Assembly: GCA_964549615.1 (NCBI GenBank)
Contig: CAZJVP010000011.1
Location: forward strand, 32,001-96,000
Direction of reading: 5' to 3'
Length of the DNA: 64,000 nt
DNA from: an uncultured Thermococci archaeon
GTDB taxonomy: Archaea; CAYQAE01; CAYVLA01
In this document: positions 1 to 10,125 of the stretch, one piece after another
How the letters are laid out: the number at the start of each line of letters is the position of its first letter
Numbering within the stretch: position 1 is the stretch's first letter
Translations under genes and position numbers: made by a program
The notes under the pieces: generated by a model
What the model saw: only the letters and a program-made list of their open reading frames with translations
The model's database searches: none
What the model was told of the DNA's origin: nothing

Positions 1-129
1 GCGGCCGTGGGCTGGGGAACGGAGATCCTGAAGAAGTACGAATCTTACGAATCGAATGGCGGGCCAGATTATCGGCCCGTCCATGGAAGCGTGGGGGCTG
101 CTGCAGTCCCCTACGACAAGCCACGAAGG

Positions 130-1413
130 TCATAGGCCAAGCCGCGTTGTGGCTACCTCGCGGTAGAGCCTGCGGCTCACCATCAAGGCCCAGATCACAA
201 GGCCGCACGTGAGAAGCGTGCCGCTGACGGCCAGCCATTCCGTCACGTAGATCCAGAAGAGCGCCCTGTCCTTCAGTCTCATGGCGTCGTCCTTCAGGCT
301 TGCTAACGCCGACATCGCCGATTCCATGATCTCTGCTGCATCTGCAAATTCGTAGGCCCGGTACCTCCCATACGATTCCAACCTGAGCTTGTCCGTCTCC
401 TGCATCCGCAGGTATACGCCCTGCGTGTTGGCCCCGAAACTATCGGCGAAGTCAAGCAGGCTGATGAGCAGCCATCTCTCCACGTTGTAGAAGGAATAGA
501 GCATGCGCAGGTTGTGTAGCTCGAACGCGTTCTCGGGCAACGGGGCACCCGCCGAGTGAAGGAGGATGTTGATGAAAAGATCGCCCGCGTACTCGTTCTC
601 AAACTCGCTTCGCAAGAAGATCGGTGACCACCAGGAGGAATCGAGGTCGTCGGCGACGACCCAGAAGATCCCGCCAGCCGGCCCCACCCTCCATGAAACG
701 AGCCAGTCGCTCTCCTTGCCAAGGCCTAGCGTGATGCCCTTCGATGGAAGTCCCACCACCCTCAATTTGGCCCACACGGTCGCCCCGATCCGCGTCGTGA
801 GGTAGGTAAAGGCGGTGGATCCCTTAACCCTCTCTATGCCGAGGGGGACGAACATCGATAGCACCGGAGGGTCGTGGTTGACGACCCTTATGCTGAAGAC
901 TGATCTGTCCTGCTTCATTCCGGCGTTGAGCTCGACGGGCAGTATCTCCCTGAGAGCCGAGTTTGCCCAACCGGGGTAGGCCGACCCGGAGGAGCTCGAT
1001 AGGTCGCCTCCCATCGTCACAAGACCTCCCAGACCGCTCTCCAAAGCATACCTCATGTCGGATATCTGGGATGGGGTGAACGGGTCGAGGTTTCCGTCGG
1101 GGAAAACGAAGAAGTCGATCTCCTTGACCAAGGACTCCCTGGTCCTGGGAAAGTATATCCGGACGTATCTCTGAGCATCCGTGATGCCGAACCTCCCCAC
1201 GCTATCTGCGTCCGTTGGGATGAGCACGAAGTCCGTGAGGGGGTCGGCGCCAAGCCACAGGGGTATGGGCGACTCTCCCGGCAGGACCTGTCCTATGGCC
1301 AGGACGCGAAGCCGTCCCTCACCGAGGGCGGATGGCGAGGCAAGAGAGATCGTTACCAGCGCCAGACATATGCGTTGCCAAGTCTGCCTATGCAGGATCA
1401 AACGCGGGAGCAA
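130..1413 (-). CDS. Stalked membrane-anchored surface protein, FGAN/EW-RRRLY family paralog 1
   Basis: N-terminal hydrophobic signal, RIYFPRT motif, GATase-like GGLVTMGG segment, DFADSFGANT, C-terminal WIYVTEW...WALMVSRRLYREVATTR; BRE/TATA-like CGAAAGATATTAC just upstream on minus strand. Confidence 0.85.
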   Translation of the reverse strand: MLPRLILHRQTWQRICLALVTISLASPSALGEGRLRVLAIGQVLPGESPIPLWLGADPLTDFVLIPTDADSVGRFGITDAQRYVRIYFPRTRESLVKEIDFFVFPDGNLDPFTPSQISDMRYALESGLGGLVTMGGDLSSSSGSAYPGWANSALREILPVELNAGMKQDRSVFSIRVVNHDPPVLSMFVPLGIERVKGSTAFTYLTTRIGATVWAKLRVVGLPSKGITLGLGKESDWLVSWRVGPAGGIFWVVADDLDSSWWSPIFLRSEFENEYAGDLFINILLHSAGAPLPENAFELHNLRMLYSFYNVERWLLISLLDFADSFGANTQGVYLRMQETDKLRLESYGRYRAYEFADAAEIMESAMSALASLKDDAMRLKDRALFWIYVTEWLAVSGTLLTCGLVIWALMVSRRLYREVATTRLGL

Positions 1414-1802
1414 TCTTCCTAGCGCTCATGATAGGCCTGTAATATCTTTCGCATCATACATCGGGGGCAGGCCTTGACTCATTCGCTGGCGGGGCAATCA
1501 TGGCAGGGTGACGGACGGCATCTCACGATCGGTCGCGCCCCCGCCGAGATCTGGGCGGCTCTGCGCCGCGCGCTAGTCTGAACCGTGACCGAAGCGGGCG
1601 CATGGTTGGGCCCCCAGAAGCTGAGGGTAGGATGTGCTGCTTCCTTGCATGCGCCGGGTCTTACGCTTCTCGTCCAGACGGCATGGCTGTTGAAACTTGG
1701 AGAATCCACCCCTGGCGCATATCTCGCCTCGGCCTTCTGCGGCGGGGGTGGTTCAGTCGCTTGAGCTCGCGGACCACAGGCTCCTGTACAACCTCGTTTC
1801 AT

Positions 1803-2387
1803 CTATTGGCTTTCGGCCGACGAGCCGCGGGCACGGATCGCCCGAAGAAGGGCTCTGCCGGCATTCCTTGCCTTCTCAAGCTCCGAGGGCTTCTTGAGGA
1901 TATCTCCCTTGTTTCGTGCGAGCACTCTCTCCCTGGCTACCGGCCTTGCGCCGTAGTACTCGAGCCAGCTCAGCATGATATCCTCGTGGGGCTCAAAGCC
2001 GGAGGATGCGGCGACGCTGATGAGCGCGAAGTCTAGGCTTGATAGAAGACTTCCCGCTTTGGACGCGTAGTAGCCGTGGCTTCGATCTATGAAGTCCTTC
2101 ATCCTGCCGGGAGGCCCATCCCAGTACACAGGCGCCCCTATGATTGCGCCCTTGGACTGGGCCAGTAGCTTGAGCAGTTGTTCCACGTCGTCATCCTGTA
2201 TGGCGCACCTGCCAAGCCTCATGCACTCCCGGCAGCCCCGACAGCTCTCGATCCTGTGTTCGTATATGCGGAGAAACCGGGTCTTCACTCCGGATTTCTG
2301 GACTTCGTCCAGCGCCGCGCGTACGGCTAGGTCTGTGTTGCCATCGACCCTGGGACTCCCGGAGACCCCGAGAACGAATTCCTCCAT
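1803..2387 (-). CDS. Flavodoxin-family / iron-sulfur flavoprotein (NADPH-dependent FMN reductase-like)
   Basis: GSPRxxGNT FMN motif, CxxCxxCxxxxxC cluster motif (CRGCRECMRLGRC), GAPVYW; abuts upstream isomerase gene. Confidence 0.88.
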   Translation of the reverse strand: MEEFVLGVSGSPRVDGNTDLAVRAALDEVQKSGVKTRFLRIYEHRIESCRGCRECMRLGRCAIQDDDVEQLLKLLAQSKGAIIGAPVYWDGPPGRMKDFIDRSHGYYASKAGSLLSSLDFALISVAASSGFEPHEDIMLSWLEYYGARPVARERVLARNKGDILKKPSELEKARNAGRALLRAIRARGSSAESQ

Positions 2388-3214
2388 CAGACAGCCCCTG
2401 CCTTGGCCATGACCGAGTCAAGCGCCTTCTTGGCCGCCTCTGCCACTAGGTCGGGATCCTTGGACCAGAGATCCTTGTTGAAGAGCTCCACCGAAAGGTC
2501 GCCGTCGTAGCCCATCTCATCGAGCGTCCTAATGAATTCGACGACGTCCATGCTACCCTGCCCCGGCAGCACCCTCTTTGAGTCTTCGAGCTCGGCTACC
2601 GGCAGCCCCGGTGCATCATCCATGTGGATCAGGAATATCCTGTCGACCGGTATGCGCCTGAGGTCGCGGGTCTTGCAGCCCCCCGTGAAGAAGTGGAAAA
2701 GGTCTATCGTGAGCCCCAGGTTGGGCGAGCCAACCTTCCTTATCAGGGGTAGGACGCTTGACGGCGTGTTGAAGAAGTCGCACTTACCTATGGGCTCGAG
2801 CCCGATTCTGATGCCGTAGTCGGCTGCCATGTCCGCCGTCTCGCCCGCCCTCTGGACGGCCATCTCGGTTGCCTGAGCGGGGGTGAGCTTGCCCTTGGAC
2901 GGTATGAAGAGCAGGGCATCGGTTGCCCCGATCTCTTGGGCGAATGCCATCGCCTCTCTGCGCTGCCGTTCCTTGGCCGAGAACTCGGCGGAAGGCTCGT
3001 AAAGGAAGCCGCCCAGGAGGAACCCCGCTACGTCCAGCGACGACGATTCCAGGATCCTTTTCAGGTCCTCCATCGACTTCTCCTTCGCATACGCTTGGGC
3101 CTTGTCCATGTGGAAGATCTCCACCGATTCGAAGCCGGCCTTCGATGCGGCCGTCAGGCAGCGCTCGAAGGGCACCCCGGAACCCAGGGTAATCGTGTTA
3201 AGGCATTTCCTCAC
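2387..3214 (-). CDS. Sugar phosphate isomerase/epimerase (xylose isomerase-like TIM barrel, IolI-like)
   Basis: GLEP, DLFH, HMDD, RVLPGQG, SVELF metal-binding motifs; GTG start at 3214 after GGAGG. Confidence 0.88.
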   Translation of the reverse strand: MRKCLNTITLGSGVPFERCLTAASKAGFESVEIFHMDKAQAYAKEKSMEDLKRILESSSLDVAGFLLGGFLYEPSAEFSAKERQRREAMAFAQEIGATDALLFIPSKGKLTPAQATEMAVQRAGETADMAADYGIRIGLEPIGKCDFFNTPSSVLPLIRKVGSPNLGLTIDLFHFFTGGCKTRDLRRIPVDRIFLIHMDDAPGLPVAELEDSKRVLPGQGSMDVVEFIRTLDEMGYDGDLSVELFNKDLWSKDPDLVAEAAKKALDSVMAKAGAV

Positions 3215-3230
3215 ATGATTCCTCCGGTCT

Positions 3231-3260
3231 GCGTGAGCGGAGCCAGGCATTTATGTTTGA
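3231..3260 (-). promoter_or_regulatory. Promoter (BRE+TATA) with downstream motif shared with 41961-41990
   Basis: TCAAACATAAATGCCTGGCTCCGCTCACGC; 22/30 ungapped identity to the promoter of the GH gene starting at 41920. Confidence 0.55.
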
Positions 3261-3511
3261 GTGCAGGGCTAAGGATGGCCCGTCCTTTCCGAACGAACCG
3301 AGGCTCATTCTGTGGTCTGGAACTTCGCCCAAGAGGCCGTCGCGTTTTGGGTCTCGCAACGGCTCCACACAAGTGCCGCGCTGGCCAAGTCTGACCCGGT
3401 TCTCCGGACACAAAGCCTAGGCCCGCCCAGAGCTTGACTGTGATCATGTACATTCATCCCGGGGAGAGGGGGTGTTTGCGCGCCCATTGGGATGTATAGG
3501 CCCATTGAGAT

Positions 3512-4261
3512 TCATAGGCCTCTTGAGAGCAGATCGGATCCGATCTGGATGAGGATGAAGTCCAAGAGGAAGATCCCCCCGGACAACGCGAGGAGCAGCA
3601 TTGGCCCCATGATGAGTGTGCCCGTGACCCCTCCGATCACGAAGATCAGCATGGGGAGAATTATGAGGGATCCCATCTGCATGGCGTAGTATGTCCGGTC
3701 AACCCTCGTGGAGATCATCAGCTCGACCAAGATGCCCAGCAGGGAAAAGGCCGGGACGGCTAGAAATACTAGCACGATCCAGCTTGCGTTCAGCACCGAC
3801 ACGGATCCGCCTGGGAAGGAGAGACTCACGACCGCCGATATGACCGCGAAGGCGGCAAGGGACGCGCCGAAGCCATAGGCCAAGGGCAGCAGACACTTGC
3901 CGAAGAACAGATCCATGTTGCTCAAGGGAAGGGCTAGGAGGGCCTCCAGCGTCTTCCTCTCCCGCTCGCCCGCGAAGGCGTCGGCCGCGATGGTCACGGG
4001 GAGCATCGTCGCCAACATCAGGAAGAAGGGCGGGGCCATGAAGTTGACGGCAAAGTAGATGGATTTCTGCATATCGGTCAGGCCAGGGGGAAACACCGAG
4101 TCGGGGAGATTCGGCAACTCGGTCGCCGCGTCCTCGGACGCTGAGGCCAAGATCATCATGGAGACGATGAAGATCAGCACTGCGGGAACAAGCACGATGC
4201 TGAACTTGAAGTACCCAGGCAGCTCCCTGAAATCCTTTCGCGCGATTGCCAGAGCCCTCAA
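3512..4261 (-). CDS. ABC-2 type exporter permease
   Basis: Six hydrophobic helices, AGERERKTLEALLALP motif; overlaps stop of ATPase gene. Confidence 0.9.
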   Translation of the reverse strand: MRALAIARKDFRELPGYFKFSIVLVPAVLIFIVSMMILASASEDAATELPNLPDSVFPPGLTDMQKSIYFAVNFMAPPFFLMLATMLPVTIAADAFAGERERKTLEALLALPLSNMDLFFGKCLLPLAYGFGASLAAFAVISAVVSLSFPGGSVSVLNASWIVLVFLAVPAFSLLGILVELMISTRVDRTYYAMQMGSLIILPMLIFVIGGVTGTLIMGPMLLLALSGGIFLLDFILIQIGSDLLSRGL

Positions 4262-5196
4262 GACCTGACCGCCTCCAGATATATGTCCTCCAAGGTCCTT
4301 GCTTCCCGGCGGAACTCCATGATCCTCCCGCCGAACCTTAGGATCGCCTCCACAAGCTTGTGGGCATTGTCGAACGGCGACGCGATGCGGACCCGAACCG
4401 ATCCATCACTTGGCTCCGCGGCTTGCACGTAATCCAGGCTGCGGAGCGCCTCTACCAACGACGCTTCAACTTCCTTGAGAACCACGACGTAGGTGCCCGC
4501 CTCCGTGGCTTCGCCCCGAAGATCCTTTGTCGAACCGATCATGATTATTCTACCGGATTTGATGATGGCGACCCGGGAACAGAGCGATTCTGCCTCAACG
4601 AGGTTGTGGGTGCAGAGGAAGATGGTCTTCCCAGCATCTCGGCTCATCTGCGCGATCTTGTCGCGCACCATCTTGGCCGATTCGGGGTCAAGGCCCGCAG
4701 TCGGTTCGTCCAGGAAGATCACGGGAGGGTCATGTACCAAGGTCCGAGCCAGAGCCAGTTTCTGCTTCATCCCCTTGGAGAATGTCCTGACCTTTGAAGT
4801 GCGGCGGGTCTGAAGCCCGAAGGCGCTCAGGAGCTCGTCTATCCTCCGCGCCCACTCCGCTCTAGGGACCTGGTACATCTCGCAGTAGAACCTGAGGTTC
4901 TCCTCGGCCGAGAGGCTCTCGTAGACCGACGGCGTCTCCGGGAGGAGGCCTATGCTGCTCTTGACTGTGACGGGTTCCTTGACGACATCCCTTCCCAGAA
5001 CGGTGGCTGTTCCGGACGTGGGTGGGATGAGGCCGCACATCATCCGAATCGTCGTTGTCTTGCCCGCCCCGTTGGGACCAAGAAGGCCGAAGACCTCACC
5101 CTCCCTGACCTGGAAGGATATTCCGTCCACGGCCGTGAGCCACCGGAATCTCTTGGTGAGGTTGTGCGCTGCAACCACCGGTTCCGACTCAGACAT
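4258..5196 (-). CDS. ABC exporter ATP-binding protein
   Basis: Walker A GPNGAGKT, signature FSKGMKQ, Walker B IFLDEP; likely ATG at 5196. Confidence 0.93.
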   Translation of the reverse strand: MSESEPVVAAHNLTKRFRWLTAVDGISFQVREGEVFGLLGPNGAGKTTTIRMMCGLIPPTSGTATVLGRDVVKEPVTVKSSIGLLPETPSVYESLSAEENLRFYCEMYQVPRAEWARRIDELLSAFGLQTRRTSKVRTFSKGMKQKLALARTLVHDPPVIFLDEPTAGLDPESAKMVRDKIAQMSRDAGKTIFLCTHNLVEAESLCSRVAIIKSGRIIMIGSTKDLRGEATEAGTYVVVLKEVEASLVEALRSLDYVQAAEPSDGSVRVRIASPFDNAHKLVEAILRFGGRIMEFRREARTLEDIYLEAVRS

Positions 5197-5611
5197 GGAA
5201 CTCGCCCTGCTCCATAAGCCTCTCCCAACTCTTCCTCGTCCTCCCGGCGATGCCAACGCTGTAGGCCCTGACCTTTAGGCCGAAGTCCCAAGGCTTGACG
5301 GGCGCCCTGTCGACGAACTTTTTCAGGACCAGAGCGATCTTGGCTTGCACCGACTTATCGATCGGGGAGATCATGATGTCGCTGATGTCCTCGGGCTTGA
5401 GCCAGCCTGGAAAGCCGAGCCCGGCTCTCATCCTGTACCTGTCGTGGTAGACCCTGATCGTATAGACGCCCCCTTCTATATCGAAGTCATCTCCGTTCTC
5501 CACCTGGGAGTGAACGAAGGGTAGGCCTATCTCTCCGAGGATCTGCTCTAGGATTTTGGCCGCCTCCCGGTAGTGGAAGGGGTAGCTTGAGCGCCACGTG
5601 TCCTTTGCCAT
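5189..5611 (-). CDS. Hypothetical protein, co-operonic with ABC exporter
   Basis: ATG 5611 with GGTGAGGAG RBS; stop overlaps ATPase start; normal globular composition. Confidence 0.7.
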   Translation of the reverse strand: MAKDTWRSSYPFHYREAAKILEQILGEIGLPFVHSQVENGDDFDIEGGVYTIRVYHDRYRMRAGLGFPGWLKPEDISDIMISPIDKSVQAKIALVLKKFVDRAPVKPWDFGLKVRAYSVGIAGRTRKSWERLMEQGEFHV

Positions 5612-5619
5612 GCTGCTCC

Positions 5620-5799
5620 TCACCCCGGTCTGGGTGACGTGGGCACCGCCTCGAAAGCCGGATCACGGGCGGCCAAGGAAGGCATGCTCAGGGGCCCTTT
5701 GCTCGGCTTCGGCTTGTATCTCTTCGTAGGTTTCGCCTTTCTCTTGACGGCCTGCTCGTTCGGATTGCCTTGGCCCGCGGTTCTGGCGCCTGGCCCCAA
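5620..5799 (-). CDS. Small basic Lys/Pro-rich peptide (59 aa), probable first gene of ABC operon
   Basis: TTG start after GAGGGAG, below ORF-track cutoff; MGPGARTAGQGNPNEQAVKRKAKPTKRYKPKPSKGP...; stop overlaps next RBS; TATA-like TTTTTAAA near 5850. Confidence 0.4.
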   Translation of the reverse strand: MGPGARTAGQGNPNEQAVKRKAKPTKRYKPKPSKGPLSMPSLAARDPAFEAVPTSPRPG

Positions 5800-6153
5800 G
5801 CCATCTCCCTCGTGGTGCGCCTAGTATCCGAGCTTGTCAGTTCAATGTCTTTAAAAATTTCAAGGCGGGCCACTTTCCGATGGGCCTGGGATACTTCTAG
5901 CGCGCGTGCGACCACGCATCGCTCGGGGTGTGGGAGGCTTCCTTGACCTTGCAGACCGTATCGGGGGCGTAGTTGCCCGCCCCGGATGACGGGTTCGACC
6001 GCCGCCTCGGGTTGAGGAGGATGCACATTGCAGGCGAGCGCGGTGATCGCGCAGGTGGAAGCTAGGGATGATCTTGTGGCTGCAGGCATCGTAGTGGGTG
6101 ACGGAGACGATGGAGTTGACCGAGCTCGGGACCAGGAAGGCGCATGGGGGGTT

Positions 6154-6320
6154 TCATCTTCCTTTGGACGGAGGCACTCTCTCAAGGTCGGGGACACGGC
6201 CATAGGCCGCATCGTGAGAGACTGCGGTGCGACCAAGAACCGACGACGAGGCCGCCATGAGGCTGTCAAAGTAACTCAGCCCATGCCGGATCCCCGCCGC
6301 TTCTTGGCCTTTCCTCGTCT
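6154..6320 (-). pseudogene. vapC: C-terminal fragment of PIN-domain (VapC) toxin
   Basis: HGLSYFDSLMAASS...VSHDAAYGRVPDLERV matches the PIN C-terminal GLxxxDxxxAA / SxDxxY motif; no N-terminal half. Confidence 0.65.
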
Positions 6321-6378
6321 TGCGCGAATCGCCCGGACATGCACCCACATTTATCTTTACGCTGCTGTCGGCCGTGGC

Positions 6379-7611
6379 GTGGCGCGGGCCCGCCTGGCCT
6401 TGATGGCCATAGTGGTGCTTTCGTCGTGCTACCCCGGTTGCGGGGCGAAAAGGATCAAGGTGCTTCTCACCGGCCAGATCGACAACGCGATAGAGCCGCT
6501 GCAGATGTGGTTTGCCTCCGAGCCCCTGGTTGACTATCTGCCGGTTCCATCGCGGGACCTTGCGGGCAACCTGGGTGGGGACGAGGCAATGAAGAGGTTC
6601 ATCCGTCTCTACTTCCCCCGCACCCTGAGGGACATCAAGGCCTTCGACTTCATCCTGCTCAACTCGCCCGTCGTGTACCTCTTCACCTCCGAGCAGCTGG
6701 CTTGGATGTACGAAGCGATCGTCGATGGAACCGGCGGGCTGAACACGGCAAGCGTCATGAGCCAGGACGCAAGCATCCACGGGGCGTGGGCCGCCTCGAT
6801 CCTGCAGACGGCATTCCCCAACGATGCGCCCGCCGTGGTCGCGAGATACAAGGGAGCAACGAGCCCGATAGGCGCGTTCCGCATCCGGGTCAACCGCGAG
6901 TTCCCGCAGCCGGTGCTTACGCCCTTCATCCCGCTTGGGGTGGAGACCTTCAATGGCTATGACTCGCGGATCATCATAGCTCGCGAGGGCTCGTCGACGC
7001 TGGCATGGCAGGTCGGAAACTTCCCTGCCCTTGGCGAGGTGCCGTACATCGTGGTCTGGGACTACCAGCTCGGAAGGACGATCACGACGGGCGATGCATT
7101 CGGCCACACGTTCTGGAGCTCCTACCGCGGAGGAAGGATCACCGACAACATCTACGCCCTGGACATGCTCATGAACATGATATTCTACTGCACCCGGCGG
7201 GAACTTCCGGCCGACGTCCTGGCCTTCCACAACATGAGGACCACCTTTGTGGACTTCCGCACGAGGATGGGGCTGCTCGCCGCCTTGATGGAGTTCATCG
7301 ACAGGTTCGGCGCCAACCCGGATCCCATCCAGCGCAAGGCTGCGGAGCTTGAGAAGCTGGCGGGAGCCGCGAGGGAGAGCTACCTGTCACAGGACTTTGA
7401 GACCTGCAGTAGGCTGATGGAGTCGGCCATCGCCGGGTTCTCTGAGGCGGAGGATGTGGCGATTGAGCTAAGGAGAAGGGCCCTGCTGTGGGTTTACGCC
7501 ATAGAGTGGATGGCGACGACGGGGGCGATCATGATCTCAAGCTCCGTCCTCTGGGCGTTGATGGTTAGGCGGAGGCTGTACAAGACAGTGGCCACCACGA
7601 GGGCTGGTTGA
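6379..7611 (+). CDS. Stalked membrane-anchored surface protein, family paralog 2
   Basis: GTG start ~25 nt after TTTATCTT; signal peptide; RLYFPRT; EFIDRFGANP; WVYAIEW...WALMVRRRLYKTVATTR. Confidence 0.85.
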   Translation: MARARLALMAIVVLSSCYPGCGAKRIKVLLTGQIDNAIEPLQMWFASEPLVDYLPVPSRDLAGNLGGDEAMKRFIRLYFPRTLRDIKAFDFILLNSPVVYLFTSEQLAWMYEAIVDGTGGLNTASVMSQDASIHGAWAASILQTAFPNDAPAVVARYKGATSPIGAFRIRVNREFPQPVLTPFIPLGVETFNGYDSRIIIAREGSSTLAWQVGNFPALGEVPYIVVWDYQLGRTITTGDAFGHTFWSSYRGGRITDNIYALDMLMNMIFYCTRRELPADVLAFHNMRTTFVDFRTRMGLLAALMEFIDRFGANPDPIQRKAAELEKLAGAARESYLSQDFETCSRLMESAIAGFSEAEDVAIELRRRALLWVYAIEWMATTGAIMISSSVLWALMVRRRLYKTVATTRAG

Positions 7612-7679
7612 GGATCTCCGCAAGTTGGGCCGGGCCGGGGAAGCCTTTACAAGCCGCCGCGGGCGCCCAGTGGGGTGGG

Positions 7680-8021
7680 ATGACGATGCGCAAGCTTTCC
7701 ATCTACGGTTTGCCTCAGGGCAAGGCCAATATCTTGGATGCGCTCCTGCCTATCGGGACCGTCTTCGTGGGCGGGCTGCACTTCTACAAGCCGGGAGAGA
7801 GGGCGCATGCCAGCGAGGCGAGGCACGTGCATGCGGATCACTACGAGATCTTCGTGAACGTGCAGGGCAAGGGGGTCGTCGAGGTCGAGGGCGTAGATTA
7901 CGAGTTTCGGACAGGTGATGTCATCCTGATAGAGCCCGGCGAGTCCCATCACGTGAGGTCGGACGAGGTAGATCCTCTGGTCAATCTGTGGATGGGAGCC
8001 AAAGCATCGGGTCCGCCATGA
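7680..8021 (+). CDS. Cupin domain protein
   Basis: HVH-x3-E and PGESHH cupin motifs. Confidence 0.85.
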   Translation: MTMRKLSIYGLPQGKANILDALLPIGTVFVGGLHFYKPGERAHASEARHVHADHYEIFVNVQGKGVVEVEGVDYEFRTGDVILIEPGESHHVRSDEVDPLVNLWMGAKASGPP

Positions 8022-8117
8022 AAGGCGCTGGTCTGCCAGGCAAGCCGCCGTCCGCCGCCGGATATGTTGCGCCCGGTTGTGCGAGATCACCGACGCCCAA
8101 GGGGGAGGGTGGGAGCA

Positions 8118-8783
8118 TCAGGGAGGGGCCATGAGCTCGTAGAGCGCAAAGCGGTTTCTGCTGCCCACCTTCGCTGCGGAGCCGGAGACGCGCAGGGTGT
8201 AGGCCACCTTATCCGCCAGGTTCCTTCCGATCCCCGCCTTCTCCGCAATATCGGCCGTCGTGAAGGGAGACGGAAGGTCGTGGGGAAGCAACGCGGCAAG
8301 GTCCGCAGGGCCTCTGATGACCCATCGCCCAAGAACCGCGACCAGCCTGGTGTTGCGGGCCCTATTCCTCCTAGACATCTCTCCCCTCTCGTGGAGCCTA
8401 AGTATCTCGATGCTGACCCTGCCGTGCGGTATGAGCGGTGCGATGTATACAAGCTCATCAAATGCCCTGATGGGCGAAAACCTTCTTCTTAGCTTCCTAG
8501 TCCTTCCCAGCGGAAGCCTCACCTCAAGGATTGCCTGCATGGGGTAGACCACGCACACCGAGTATCCGCCTTCAAGCAGGCCTTGGATCTTGGGCCTTAT
8601 CCTGTAGAAAGCCTTCGTCTGGATCTCGTATGCCTGCGTGCCGGCGAGCACGTCGACCTTGTATCCGCAGGCCTCTTGCTCGATGAGACCGCCGCGGCAG
8701 TAAGCGTAGTATGACTTGAGGTCCCTGTGAAGGCTTGACTCCCGCAGCCCCATCATGTCCGAGACGTAGCTCGTCTTAGGCAT
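8118..8783 (-). CDS. Hypothetical protein, PD-(D/E)xK-like nuclease fold plus C-terminal HTH
   Basis: ESSLHxxLK, VDV...EIQT restriction-endonuclease-like motif; FTTADIAEKAGI HTH-like end. Confidence 0.65.
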   Translation of the reverse strand: MPKTSYVSDMMGLRESSLHRDLKSYYAYCRGGLIEQEACGYKVDVLAGTQAYEIQTKAFYRIRPKIQGLLEGGYSVCVVYPMQAILEVRLPLGRTRKLRRRFSPIRAFDELVYIAPLIPHGRVSIEILRLHERGEMSRRNRARNTRLVAVLGRWVIRGPADLAALLPHDLPSPFTTADIAEKAGIGRNLADKVAYTLRVSGSAAKVGSRNRFALYELMAPP

Positions 8784-9037
8784 CCTTGGCCCCCTTTTTG
8801 GTGTTGTGAGGTAAGCTGGCTGCACGACGAGAAATCGATAGTTCGGATCCCCCTATCGGAAGGATCGGGGGCCTGTCCGAGGAGGGCGGTCACGAAGGCC
8901 GGGCGCGCTGCAGGGTTATTAAATCGGACGTGGTGCACCCCGGACCCCCAGTTGGGTCCCGGCAACCGGGACCGAGAAAGCCCCCAGAAAAGAGTTAAGA
9001 AACCCAGCTCAGACCTGAGTCAAACTGAGGGCTGTTA

Positions 9038-9574
9038 GTGTCATCCAGCTTCAAGTACATCGTCCGCATGTTCGGCACCGATGTCGACGGCAATAAGCCC
9101 ATCATGCTCGGGCTGACCAGCATAAAGGGCATTGGGTTCCACATGGCCTTCTCCATCGCTAGGTCCCTTGGGCTGGACTTGAGTAGGAAGATGGGAGATC
9201 TCTCCGACGAGGAGGTATCGAGGCTCACCAAGGCTCTGGAGGACCCGGTGTCCTTCGGCGTGCCGCACTGGATGGTGAACAGGCAGAAGGACTTTGAAAC
9301 CGGGAAGGATCTACACCTGAATACCTCAGATCTCATCATGGCCGTGCGCGACGACATCACGCGGATGAAGAAGATCCGCTGCTACAAGGGCGTCAGGCAC
9401 GAGCGCGGGCTGAAGGTTCGAGGGCAGCGGACCCGTTCCACGGGCCGCAAGGGCCTGGTCGTCGGCGTCAAGAAGAAGAAGGGCGGCGGATTGCTGAGGG
9501 AGGCGCCCGCCGAGAAGGGCCAGAAGGCCAAGGAGGCCCCGTCCGAAAAGGGCAAGGAGAAGGCCAGCGAGTAG
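9038..9574 (+). CDS. rps13: 30S ribosomal protein S13 (uS13)
   Basis: [30 protein letters not shown]; first gene of archaeal S13-S4-S11-RpoD operon. Confidence 0.97.
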   Translation: MSSSFKYIVRMFGTDVDGNKPIMLGLTSIKGIGFHMAFSIARSLGLDLSRKMGDLSDEEVSRLTKALEDPVSFGVPHWMVNRQKDFETGKDLHLNTSDLIMAVRDDITRMKKIRCYKGVRHERGLKVRGQRTRSTGRKGLVVGVKKKKGGGLLREAPAEKGQKAKEAPSEKGKEKASE

Positions 9575-9582
9575 GTGGTGGC

Positions 9583-10122
9583 TTGGGCGGCCCGAGGAAG
9601 CTTCACAAGAAGTACGAGAAGCCCAGACATCCCTGGGACAGCGCTAACCTGGAGAGGGAAGCCGCCATCCGGAAGAAGTACGGCCTCAAGACCAAGAGGG
9701 AGATCTGGAGGGCGGAGACCATCCTGCGAGGCTTTAGGCGCCAGGCCCGGCAGCTTCAGGCGCTGAAAGGCCCAGCCGCGGAGAAGCAGAAGGCCGAGCT
9801 GATCAGGAGGCTCATGTCCCTGAACCTGGTCAAGGAGGGCGGGACCCTGGATGACGTGCTGAGGCTCAGCTTGGAGGATGTGCTGAACCGCAGGCTTGAT
9901 GCAGTGGTCTATTCCAAGGGGCTTGCGTCCACTCCTAGGCAGGCTAGACAGTTCATAAGGCACGGCCACATCGTGATCAAGAACCGGGTGGTCACGGTTC
10001 CAAGCTACATGGTCCTTGCGAACGAGGAGGGCTTCATTGGCCACCGGAAGGGCTCGACGGTTCAGCAGATAGTTGTGGCGCGGTCCCCGGAGCCGGGCGG
10101 GCCGGAGAAGAAGGAGGGCTAG
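9583..10122 (+). CDS. rps4: 30S ribosomal protein S4 (uS4)
   Basis: [26 protein letters not shown]...[12 protein letters not shown]4 domain. Confidence 0.97.
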   Translation: MGGPRKLHKKYEKPRHPWDSANLEREAAIRKKYGLKTKREIWRAETILRGFRRQARQLQALKGPAAEKQKAELIRRLMSLNLVKEGGTLDDVLRLSLEDVLNRRLDAVVYSKGLASTPRQARQFIRHGHIVIKNRVVTVPSYMVLANEEGFIGHRKGSTVQQIVVARSPEPGGPEKKEG

Positions 10123-10125
10123 TCG

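Noticed and set aside
6028-6378. Long N-terminal extensions of paralogs 2 and 7 in the ORF track
   Set aside because: TATA boxes and signal peptides place the starts at 6379 and 26167.
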